Below are positions 29,614-39,018 of a stretch of DNA of 64,000 bases, piece after piece (within the stretch, counting starts at the first letter, position 1; the number at the start of each line of letters is the position of its first letter). The notes under the pieces are model-generated. The model did not search any database, had not been told where the DNA came from, and saw only the letters and a list, made by a program, of their open reading frames with translations. The position numbers and the translations under genes were made by a program. Origin of the DNA: a virus; the IMG/VR virus record IMGVR_UViG_3300046753_000522, positions 1 through 64,000 of that record. The stretch is one strand, 5' to 3'.

Positions 29614-29621
29614 TATTTATA
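29614..29621 (-). promoter_or_regulatory. T4-type late promoter TATAAATA
   Basis: Perfect consensus, intergenic. Confidence 0.85.
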
Positions 29622-29627
29622 CTGGTT

Positions 29628-32600
29628 TTATGCGGCAGTGCGAACTAGAATTGTTCGAACTTCTTCTTCCATTATTCGTAATGTAGAAGATGGCGGGATG
29701 TCTTGCTGCTCGCCCAGAGTCTGGTAGATTGTACACTCAACTTTCGAGTCGCTACACTGAAGCGCAGCATCAACATCGATCTCACGTTCAGCGTTACCAA
29801 CAACTCGCGAGTCGCCTGACTGAACTGCCTGACCCAGACCGTCATTATTAAGTATACGCTCAGCAACACCAACGACAGTAGAAGGTTGCGCCTGTAGAGC
29901 ATGAGTAGCGCCATTGTCTTCAACCGTGCGTTTAGCAACACCAACAACCGTGGAGGGTTGCGCCTGCGGAGAAGCATCGAGAGCATTACTTGTTCTCTCT
30001 ACGACTGCAGTTACATGCGCGTCTTGTGCTTTCGGAGAGGCATCAATGTCATTGCTTGTACGTTCTACAACCGCAGTTACATGCGAGGGACCAGACTTGA
30101 GACGTATGGGTCGCTGCAGAGGTACAATAATGTTTTCACTGGTGCCGAATACCTGCGAATCAGAACACTTCAGTGCTGCTTCGATTGGGAGGCGACTTAT
30201 CTTACCATTGCCCTCAACGAGCGAGTCAGTGGTTGTGAGGGCAGTGATGACCTCGTCAGGTTCTTCAGTGACGATTCTCTCAGCAACACCAGTGACGATG
30301 TGATACTCTGTGGGTCGTAGGTTTGCACCACCCTGATCATCGGAGACGCGATCCATGTCACCGACAACGATCGAGTCAGAGGCAACCAGAACACCAGCAC
30401 CTGTGATGATTCTTTCAGCAATACCCTCGACGATGCAGTCAGATGCGACGAGAGGATGAGTCCTACCGCCATCCTTGACTGTTCTCTTGACGACAGCAGT
30501 AACGGTGGAGGGACCAGACTCAACTGATTGGCCAAGACCGTCATTGTTGAGCGTTCTCTCGCCAAGACCAACAACGCGCGAGTCACCTGACTGCACCGCC
30601 TGACCCAATCCGTCGTTGTTAAGGAGTCGCTCGGCGACACCAGTGACGATGTGGTATTCAGTCGGACGCAGGGCAGCAGACGTTCTAATCTCGCGTTCAG
30701 CATCGCAGACGACCTGACTATCAGAGGCAACCAGTACGCCAGCGCCGACGATCGTTCTTTCGGCAACGCCAGTGACGATAGAGTCACTAACTGTGAGTTC
30801 GTGTATCGTGCCGTTGTCTTCAACTGTTCTCTCTGCAAGACCAACAACCTTGGAATCGTCAGAAACGATATGATTAAATCCTGGAAGCAGAGTAATGCTA
30901 CGCTCAGCAAGACCAGTAACGATTGAATCTGTTAATACAAGAGCATTTATAAAGTCATCTGGATGCTCTTCAATAATACGTTCCGCGAGACCAGTGACCT
31001 TCGAATCTCCAGATACAGGATCATCACCCTGATCATCTGGATGCTCTTCAATAATACGCTCAGCAAGACCAGTAACAATCGAATCTGTAACGGTGAGCAC
31101 CTGACCCAATCCGTCGTTATTGATGATGCGTTCTGCAACACCGACAACGATGTTAAATTCGGTCGGGCGAAGTGCAATATCTTCTGCTGGTATAATTCTC
31201 TCAGCAACGCCACTAACGATTGAGTCCGTGACGGTGAGGGCATGAGTAGTGCCACCGTCTTCGACTATGCGTTCAGCAACACCTGTGACGATATGCTCAA
31301 TGTTCGGTCGGAATGCAGCATTAAGTTCGTTCTGTTCAATGATGCGCTCAGCAACACCAACGACAATATTATTCTCGGTTGGTTTGAGTGCGTGATTCGC
31401 GAGGTTGTCTTCAACAGTACGTTCAGCAAGACCTGTAACGAGTGAGTCCGTGACCGTGAGAGCATTGGCAAAGTCTTCTGGGAATTCTTTGACCGTTCTC
31501 TCACCGAGACCAGTAACGGTAGAGTTGCCACTGACGAGTCGTTGCTTATCAGTACCGAATCCAGGTTTGCGAATAATTCTTTCAGCAATGCCCGTTACAA
31601 CAGCGTTGCCATCGACAACGAGATCCTGATTAATGTCATTTGTATCAATCGACCTTTCAGCACGTCCGCGTACAATAGCATCGGATGCGACGAGATTATG
31701 CTCAGAGGTATGGTCTTTCGATGTTCGGAAACCAGAACCGACGACGATTGAGTCGGTAGTGACCAACTCCTCGTAGATGTCTTCGATACCGAACGCGAAA
31801 CCTCTGGTGCGCGAGTCGCTACACTTGAGTGCGCCCGATGCCTTGCGGATAAGTTGCGTGACCGAAGTGGTGCGACAGTCAGTCGACTTGATGTTGAACG
31901 ACTGTTGGTCCGGATGTTCTTCAATGACACGTTCCGCACGCCCAACAATGATCGAATCAGAAGCAATTATATCGCCCGTACCATTAATGGTTCTTTCGGC
32001 GACACCCACAACAGTAGATTCGCCGGACTCAATAGATTGCCCAAGTCCATCATTGTTGAGCGCACGTTCCGCTACACCAACGACAACCGATTCTGAAGCA
32101 CGTAGAGCAGCAGTTTGCTCTTGCTGATCAATTACGCGCTCAGCATTACATACAATTACGGCATCAGATGCCTGCAGGTTTGCAGAACTCAGAAGATTAG
32201 AAGTAATCTCTGTGACCGCAGTTACAATAGAATCTGTACACTCAAGAGTTGCATCAATTGGCAGTCTTGATACCTTACCAACGCCAACGACCAGAGAGTC
32301 TGTGGTTACGAGGTCAGCACGTATCTTACGTTCTACAATGCCCTCACCGAATACAATAGAATCAGTGGTAGTGAGTTGCTGACCAAGACCATGGTTATTC
32401 AGTTTACGTTCAGCGACACCGCGAACGATAGAGTCAGATGCGACGAGAGCAAATGATTGCTCGTCTGGATCTTCTGTGATAAGACGTTCAGCGACACCAG
32501 TAACAATAGAGTCAGATGCGACGAGAGCAAACGACTGATCGTCTGGATCTTCTGTGATAAGACGTTCAGCGACACCGACGACTATTGAATCAGACGCCTT

Positions 32601-35600
32601 GATGTTGACGGGCAGATCATTGATCTCAACTATACGTGTACCAACACCATTAACTGTAGAATCAGATGCCTTCAGTATAATTGGTTCTGCCAGAGTCTTG
32701 ATGATATCTGCTGTGCCAGTAACGGTTGAGTTGCCAGAGACGAGAGCATGAGTAGCACCCGCATCATCGATTACTCTATCGCCAACGCCAACAACCAGTA
32801 CATCAGAGGCAACCAGTTTAACGTCACCGACGTTGTGTATCGTTCTCGATACTTCACCAGTAACTGTAGACGGACCAGACTGTAGTGCGTGAGTTACGCC
32901 ATTATCTTCGACGATACGTTTGGCGAGACCAACAACCTTAGAGTCACCAGACTGTATAGTTTCGTACAGATCCTCGATACCAATAGCGATACCGTTGACT
33001 TTCGAGTCACTCGTCTTCAGTGCGGCACTAATCGAATTAATGGTTCTCTCGACGACTGCTGTTACATGAGCATTACCTGCCTTGAGGTTTGCCGAACTTA
33101 GCAGGTTAGAACCGATCTCTACAGTAGCAGATACCGTGGCGTCTTGTGCCTTGACAGGATTGAAACCACCAGTGAGTCGGTCTCTGTACATAGAGACTGT
33201 TTCGATTTCTACTTCTTCTGTCTGAGCATCTCCGAGGATGCCGTAACCACTGTTGACAGCATTGTACAGAGTCTTCGGATCGTATCCTGTTTCGGTGACG
33301 TACCAGTGATTCGCGAAGTGACCATTGCCACTGGTTGCTTCCGAATAGACGACAATGTACCACAGAGAAGCACTAACCTTTCTGTGATAGAAGTTGTAAT
33401 CATTGTCTACTGCTAATGTGTAATCACCATCGCTCTGAGAATCTACAACAAATCCATGCTCAGGCAGAAGTTCGTATGTACCGTTGAACTTGGCGTTCGT
33501 GGTAGTGAATCCGCTCAGTACCAGTTTGCTGCCAGTGTAACTTACTTTGCTATTCGTATTCGACGGTGACAGTGCACTCTCGACTTCGTCGGGTACACGG
33601 ACGACCGTGCGTTCTGCCAGACCAGTGACCTGTGCATCCTGTGCCTTGACTCCAGCACTGCTGAGTATGTTACCGCCTCTTGCTCCCTGCCCTTCGACAG
33701 AGGAGTCTCCAGAAACGATATCGCCAGACCCAACAGATGCCCTTTCTGCGACACCAACGACCGTGGAGGGACTAGAGGCGAGTTCTCCAGTACTGTTTGA
33801 ACCACGGATACCGAGACCTGTGACCTGAGATGGTCCGGACTCTAGAGTTAGTCCTGGATCGCCATCTACGACTCGGTCGCCATTACCAAAGACGACTGCG
33901 TCAGACGCTTTGAGGTTGGAAGAACTGAGAGAGTTGCTCGTAATCTCTACAACTGCCGTTACAGTGGCATCGCCTGACTTGAGTGTGATCGTTTGAGATT
34001 CATAACCTATGAAACCGCGACCAACTACGGCAGCATCACCAGACACCAGTCGATGCGTTCGACCTTCATCATCAACTCCACGATCACCAGCACCTACCAC
34101 TTGCGAGTCGCCAGTTACAAGGTCCGCTGATTGGACTGTGATAACACGTTCGGCACGACCAGTGACTAACGCAACACCGTTACCAAGTTGTTGACCCAAC
34201 CCATAGTGCCAGATAGTTCTTTCCGCGACACCGACTATAGTTGCATCGCCAGATTGTACAGCAGCATCGTCTCCGTCGATCTGACGTTCGGCGATACCAA
34301 ATGCCTCAACGTTGAACGGAGTCATGCGAATATCTACTGCTGTGCGCATTACACGCTCGGCAACACCCACTACAATGGCATCGCTCGCCTGTAGGTCGGT
34401 AGATTCGAGAAGGTTACTTGATAATTCAGTGGTGGCAGTTACACTTGCGGCGCCAGACTTGAGGGCAGCAGATACTGTTCTCTTGACCTGTATGAAGTCA
34501 TCAGAGTAATCGACGTTAGAGGCATGAATTACAAAGTTGTCTGCCTGAAGTTCTACATCAATTCCAGGATAAGATCGACTAACGGTGGCATTTACGTGTG
34601 CGTCTTGTGCCTTCAGAGCAATACGGATTTCAAACTCTTGATCCACGTCAGCATTTACGGTGGCGTCGCCTGCCTTCAATGCCCCCGAAGCAATGATCCT
34701 TCGATAGATCTCAGAAGCATTTACAGTTGAGTCACCTGCCTTGAGTTGTACTGCTGTCCTGTGTTCTCTCTCAGCAACACCGACGACAGTTGAGTCGCCA
34801 ACCTCTAGCGCATGGGTGGCAACGTTGTCATCAACTCCACGAATACCTTCGCCTGTTACTTGTGAGTCACCAGAAACGAGAGTATCCGTGCCATTCACGG
34901 TTCTCTCGGCAACGCCAGTGACGAGGCAATCGGTTGTGGTCAGTCTTTGTGTACCAACGGTATAATGGACAACGTCTGCTACACCAACAACAGTGGCGTC
35001 TTGTGCCTTCAGAGCAATATCATTCGTTACGCGACCAATGTTGGCAAGACCGACAATGGTAGAATCGCCTGACTGTAGTTGTTGTCCGACCGGAGCATTG
35101 TTCAGTAGTCTCTCGCCAAGACCAACAACAGTAGCATCTTGTGCCTTGAGCGCAGGATTACCTGCACCCTTCTCTACTTCACTTAATGCAGTGACGGTAG
35201 ATGGTCCGGACTCAAGAGTGGCAACAATCGGTTTACGGGAAATCTCATAAGTAGCAACTACTTTCGAATCTCCGGAATATACTGCCTGACCTAATCCATC
35301 GTTATTGAGTAATCTTTCTCCATCACCTTCTATAAGTGCAGAAGAAGTTGTCTCGCCAGTTTCAGTATGGTCCTGAGTGTAACCTGTAATCTTGGGTGGA
35401 GTTCCCGAATAGGTAAACCATGGTGTTCTGAGACCTTCCGGCGCACCACCATAGTCAAACGTGGTCTCCCAATTTTGGGGAACTTTGAGTGTTATGATGC
35501 CGACCCACTCATCATTATTTGTATCGTAGATAATGCTCTTGTATCCACCCAACAAGAGGTAACTGATACGACTGGTGAATACAATGTAAGTTGAAGTGGT

Positions 35601-38282
35601 GTCGACTGAAACAGAATTATCTGTTGTGTCGATTGTGTAGTATAGCGGTTGCCTCAGATACTCACCAACAAAGGTTTCTGCTTCGTCCGTATAACCAACG
35701 GCGAATAACTGAATTTCATACGGATATAGAATCTTGGCGTCGTTAGATATATCAGTGTCCCCAAATTGGGGTCTCTTATATGATAGTGATATACCAGATC
35801 CGATACCAGTAACGAGATGAATTGTTCGAGAAGTTGCACCGACTACGGTTGAGTCGCCCGATACCAATGCTCCAGTAGCATCCTGACCTCGGTCGGCACC
35901 ATCTGCACTAACTGATGATTCTCCGGATTGTAGGGCACCAGAACCAAAGACAGATCGTTTGGTTGCGCCAACTACCTGAGAATCATAGCACTGTAGTTCA
36001 ATCGAAGATACTGTTGGTTGACGAGCAGCAACACCAACAACAGTGGAATTTGAAGCAACGAGATCAGCAGAGGTGGTTTCCCTTACAACACTTGATGATC
36101 CTACAACGATAGAGTCTCCGGAAACCAGTGCATGTGTCACGCCACCATCTTCGATAATGCGTTCAGCAACACCTACAACCTGACAGTCAGATGCAATCAA
36201 CTCAACGTCAGTTGACCTGAGTCCTGTCGTTTCTCCGTGCACCTCAGCGTCGCTACATTGAAGTTGACCAGTGCCGTGAATCGTTCTTTCGATGACGGTA
36301 GTGACCTTCGAGTCACTGCATACAAGGACACCCGATCCGGATATCTTTGCTGTTGCTGAACCAGTAACAGTACTATCAGAACAAACGAGAGTACCAGAAC
36401 CATTTATTTCTCTCTCAACAGCACCAACGACAATTGAGTCGCTGCACTTTAAGACAACGGCATCTTCGAACTTCCTGAAGGCAACGCCTATTACTTCGGC
36501 ATCTTGTGCCTCAACAGTTGCGTCGATCGGGTTTCGAGAAATTGAGTATTCAATCTCGACCCGAGATTGTCCTGAGTAAAGTGCTACAGCAGGAAGGAAA
36601 GAAGATGCATCGGCATAAGCAAGATACCCATTAGTACCTGAGACAACCCAATTGGTGCCATTGAAGGCAATTCCTTTAAGATCTCTTTGGTTGGGATCTG
36701 AAGTGTTCTGATATGACCAAGCAGTTCCACCACTCTTTCCGATGAGTATGCTGCCACCTGTACCACCCACTGCCCATGTATTTTTTTCTGCATTGTAATC
36801 AAGACATTGTAGTCTTACAGAGGCGAGGGCATCTTCCTGTACAAGAACGTCAACGGAGGTGCCATTGTCAGTTTTACAGACAGCGCCGTCAGAACCTACG
36901 ATGAGGAAGTGGTCATCACCATATGCAATACCGAATGGGTTGCTTGCTCTGGTTTTTTCAGCACCAACTGTCCATGTAGAACCATTCGAAGAATATGCTG
37001 TGCGGAAGTTTTGCGTGGAAATAACAAACCGATCATCGCCATAGGCGACGTACATCGCTAAAGAGGCATTGAGAGGAATGGTAGGTGACCATTGAGGTGT
37101 ATCGACCAGAGTCCAAGAAGTCAGATCAGAAGTAGATGCAACAAGGACAATACCGAAATTACCAGTAACAACAACCTTGCCCCCACCAACAGCAACAGAG
37201 ACAAGTTTTAGTGTATCACCAAATGATTCTTGGTTTCCATTACCTTTATGTACATCGGCAAGTACGGTGTCAAGGTCGATGCTTGACATTGTTGAGAAGT
37301 TATCAGTGGTTAAGAATAACCTCGCCCCAACTATCGTCCCCTGAGGGGAACGATTTCCTCCACCGACCAAGACGAATGCATTGTTCGATACTTGCGCAAG
37401 TGACTGTACTATAGCGAGAGTATTACTGTTAGCAGAAATACCAGTCGGACGAGAAGTTGTCCAGGTTTCTCCATCGTCGGTCGATCTGAAGATCTGAGGA
37501 AGTTGACTCGCCCCGCCTTGGGTAGCAATAAACTCTCCGGAACTGGTGGCGATCATGTTGTTGATGGCACCGTTGCCGTGTGGTCCTTCAATGCCGTCCA
37601 AATCGATGTCATTGAGGGCGAGACCCTCTTTTCCGGCGACAACCGTTCTCTCGGTGACACCCGTAACCTTGGATGCCTGAGACCTGATTTCACCTTCGAC
37701 GGTGGAAATAGTTCGTTCCGTTGTCCCTACAACTACTGACTCTTGTGCTTGTACAGCAGCAACAATCGGTTTGCGGGTTATCTTGGTTGTGCCAACGACA
37801 ACGCAGTCAGATGCTTTGAGTGTTCCAGTATCACCTGCTGTGGCGAATGCGTCGGTAGTGCTGTCGCTACATTTGAGGGCACCCGAACCAAAGACAGATC
37901 GCTTAGTGGTGCCAACTAGGAGAGAATCGGTAGACTGGAGGGAACCAGATGCAACATGAACAAGGTCAGCAGAACCTGTTACCTCGGAATCAGAGCAAGT
38001 GAGGTCGCCAGCAGCGACTGCCTTATTTTCAGCAACGCCGTTGACAGTAGAATCGCCTGATACGAGTGTACCAGGACCGATGCTCCTAGATCCACCCTTG
38101 CCATGAACAAAGGAGGGACTGCTAAACAGTTGTACTTTAGCGTCTCCTGGACCGTTACGTGCCTCTGCTGAAACAGAAGCATCCTGAGCATCGAGTGTAA
38201 CCCCCAAAATGTGTATGCGTTTAACATACCCGTGGGTTACATATCCGTCTTCAATGTATTCTATCAGTTGGTAAGTTGACAC
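29628..38282 (-). CDS. Giant (2884 aa) periodic repeat protein with a beta-propeller and two inserted domains
   Basis: Dozens of approximately 22-28-aa L-x-[ASC]-x-D[SA]-x-V-x-G-x-AER repeats; BNR motif FRSTDDGETW; GTG start. Confidence 0.85.
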   Translation of the reverse strand: MSTYQLIEYIEDGYVTHGYVKRIHILGVTLDAQDASVSAEARNGPGDAKVQLFSSPSFVHGKGGSRSIGPGTLVSGDSTVNGVAENKAVAAGDLTCSDSEVTGSADLVHVASGSLQSTDSLLVGTTKRSVFGSGALKCSDSTTDAFATAGDTGTLKASDCVVVGTTKITRKPIVAAVQAQESVVVGTTERTISTVEGEIRSQASKVTGVTERTVVAGKEGLALNDIDLDGIEGPHGNGAINNMIATSSGEFIATQGGASQLPQIFRSTDDGETWTTSRPTGISANSNTLAIVQSLAQVSNNAFVLVGGGNRSPQGTIVGARLFLTTDNFSTMSSIDLDTVLADVHKGNGNQESFGDTLKLVSVAVGGGKVVVTGNFGIVLVASTSDLTSWTLVDTPQWSPTIPLNASLAMYVAYGDDRFVISTQNFRTAYSSNGSTWTVGAEKTRASNPFGIAYGDDHFLIVGSDGAVCKTDNGTSVDVLVQEDALASVRLQCLDYNAEKNTWAVGGTGGSILIGKSGGTAWSYQNTSDPNQRDLKGIAFNGTNWVVSGTNGYLAYADASSFLPAVALYSGQSRVEIEYSISRNPIDATVEAQDAEVIGVAFRKFEDAVVLKCSDSIVVGAVEREINGSGTLVCSDSTVTGSATAKISGSGVLVCSDSKVTTVIERTIHGTGQLQCSDAEVHGETTGLRSTDVELIASDCQVVGVAERIIEDGGVTHALVSGDSIVVGSSSVVRETTSADLVASNSTVVGVAARQPTVSSIELQCYDSQVVGATKRSVFGSGALQSGESSVSADGADRGQDATGALVSGDSTVVGATSRTIHLVTGIGSGISLSYKRPQFGDTDISNDAKILYPYEIQLFAVGYTDEAETFVGEYLRQPLYYTIDTTDNSVSVDTTSTYIVFTSRISYLLLGGYKSIIYDTNNDEWVGIITLKVPQNWETTFDYGGAPEGLRTPWFTYSGTPPKITGYTQDHTETGETTSSALIEGDGERLLNNDGLGQAVYSGDSKVVATYEISRKPIVATLESGPSTVTALSEVEKGAGNPALKAQDATVVGLGERLLNNAPVGQQLQSGDSTIVGLANIGRVTNDIALKAQDATVVGVADVVHYTVGTQRLTTTDCLVTGVAERTVNGTDTLVSGDSQVTGEGIRGVDDNVATHALEVGDSTVVGVAEREHRTAVQLKAGDSTVNASEIYRRIIASGALKAGDATVNADVDQEFEIRIALKAQDAHVNATVSRSYPGIDVELQADNFVIHASNVDYSDDFIQVKRTVSAALKSGAASVTATTELSSNLLESTDLQASDAIVVGVAERVMRTAVDIRMTPFNVEAFGIAERQIDGDDAAVQSGDATIVGVAERTIWHYGLGQQLGNGVALVTGRAERVITVQSADLVTGDSQVVGAGDRGVDDEGRTHRLVSGDAAVVGRGFIGYESQTITLKSGDATVTAVVEITSNSLSSSNLKASDAVVFGNGDRVVDGDPGLTLESGPSQVTGLGIRGSNSTGELASSPSTVVGVAERASVGSGDIVSGDSSVEGQGARGGNILSSAGVKAQDAQVTGLAERTVVRVPDEVESALSPSNTNSKVSYTGSKLVLSGFTTTNAKFNGTYELLPEHGFVVDSQSDGDYTLAVDNDYNFYHRKVSASLWYIVVYSEATSGNGHFANHWYVTETGYDPKTLYNAVNSGYGILGDAQTEEVEIETVSMYRDRLTGGFNPVKAQDATVSATVEIGSNLLSSANLKAGNAHVTAVVERTINSISAALKTSDSKVNGIAIGIEDLYETIQSGDSKVVGLAKRIVEDNGVTHALQSGPSTVTGEVSRTIHNVGDVKLVASDVLVVGVGDRVIDDAGATHALVSGNSTVTGTADIIKTLAEPIILKASDSTVNGVGTRIVEINDLPVNIKASDSIVVGVAERLITEDPDDQSFALVASDSIVTGVAERLITEDPDEQSFALVASDSIVRGVAERKLNNHGLGQQLTTTDSIVFGEGIVERKIRADLVTTDSLVVGVGKVSRLPIDATLECTDSIVTAVTEITSNLLSSANLQASDAVIVCNAERVIDQQEQTAALRASESVVVGVAERALNNDGLGQSIESGESTVVGVAERTINGTGDIIASDSIIVGRAERVIEEHPDQQSFNIKSTDCRTTSVTQLIRKASGALKCSDSRTRGFAFGIEDIYEELVTTDSIVVGSGFRTSKDHTSEHNLVASDAIVRGRAERSIDTNDINQDLVVDGNAVVTGIAERIIRKPGFGTDKQRLVSGNSTVTGLGERTVKEFPEDFANALTVTDSLVTGLAERTVEDNLANHALKPTENNIVVGVAERIIEQNELNAAFRPNIEHIVTGVAERIVEDGGTTHALTVTDSIVSGVAERIIPAEDIALRPTEFNIVVGVAERIINNDGLGQVLTVTDSIVTGLAERIIEEHPDDQGDDPVSGDSKVTGLAERIIEEHPDDFINALVLTDSIVTGLAERSITLLPGFNHIVSDDSKVVGLAERTVEDNGTIHELTVSDSIVTGVAERTIVGAGVLVASDSQVVCDAEREIRTSAALRPTEYHIVTGVAERLLNNDGLGQAVQSGDSRVVGLGERTLNNDGLGQSVESGPSTVTAVVKRTVKDGGRTHPLVASDCIVEGIAERIITGAGVLVASDSIVVGDMDRVSDDQGGANLRPTEYHIVTGVAERIVTEEPDEVITALTTTDSLVEGNGKISRLPIEAALKCSDSQVFGTSENIIVPLQRPIRLKSGPSHVTAVVERTSNDIDASPKAQDAHVTAVVERTSNALDASPQAQPSTVVGVAKRTVEDNGATHALQAQPSTVVGVAERILNNDGLGQAVQSGDSRVVGNAEREIDVDAALQCSDSKVECTIYQTLGEQQDIPPSSTLRIMEEEVRTILVRTAA
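32405..32580 (-). repeat. Near-identical 78-bp tandem repeats inside the giant gene
   Basis: GAGTCAGATGCGACGAGAGCAAA...TCTTCTGTGATAAGACGTTCAGCGACACC at a 78-nt period. Confidence 0.9.
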
Positions 38283-38320
38283 TTACTGACCTATTTCTTA
38301 TTATTGCGGTCCATGAGATC

Positions 38321-38328
38321 TATTTAGG
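38321..38328 (-). promoter_or_regulatory. Possible variant late promoter CCTAAATA upstream of the giant gene
   Basis: Near-consensus, overlaps the upstream stop codon. Confidence 0.35.
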
Positions 38329-39016
38329 GAGTTTGAATTTCCTCCAGCAACATCTCAACCATTTTTTTGCCTGTTTCATCTACATTGAATATAAAAGCGA
38401 CTGTTGCTCTGAGGCACTCCGTTTCTGCCATATGATATACTATTTCCTTTCCATCAGGAGAGGTCTCATATGCGCCATAATAACCAAACTTGCATTGCCA
38501 TCCAGGTGTATCCTCGATGGTTACTATTTCTCTTTTCTTTGGGTCCCAGTGTTTCCACCGACCCTTGCCCCCTTCAGACCAAGTGAAGAGGACGTTGTAT
38601 GCATCGCAGTTTGCATTATTGTGCCAAGAGATATAACCTCCAGGTGGATAAATGGCAAACAGCGCATTTCTTTTTGAACCAGTCCAAGAGTTGAGTTTAG
38701 ACATCAGGCGAACATATTCTGCCATAAGTTCGCCTCTATCGCAATCTAACTCTGGCGCTCTACCGCCTTCAAACCCAACTCCCGTCAAAAGTTCTGGATA
38801 CCCATCATGGGCATTCCACAGTTTACGGATTCGATGTAGATACTCATCCGAGCAGAATTCATCGCGCCTTTCCAACATATCTTGTTGGCAATTTCTGTGA
38901 GTCTCAATGGGTGTAGATTTGAAGAACTGCACAAACTCTTCCAAAATTTCTAAAAGTTCTTCATTATGTATTTCGACAGATTGCATCATATCTGTCTTCT
39001 CAATTGTTTCGATCAT
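38324..39016 (-). CDS. Putative 2OG-Fe(II) oxygenase-like (double-stranded beta-helix) protein
   Basis: YPPGGYISWHNN ... VYHMA ... CLRAT spacing matches the Hx(D)...H...R layout, with Asn in place of Asp. Confidence 0.6.
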   Translation of the reverse strand: MIETIEKTDMMQSVEIHNEELLEILEEFVQFFKSTPIETHRNCQQDMLERRDEFCSDEYLHRIRKLWNAHDGYPELLTGVGFEGGRAPELDCDRGELMAEYVRLMSKLNSWTGSKRNALFAIYPPGGYISWHNNANCDAYNVLFTWSEGGKGRWKHWDPKKREIVTIEDTPGWQCKFGYYGAYETSPDGKEIVYHMAETECLRATVAFIFNVDETGKKMVEMLLEEIQTP

Positions 39017-39018
39017 GA

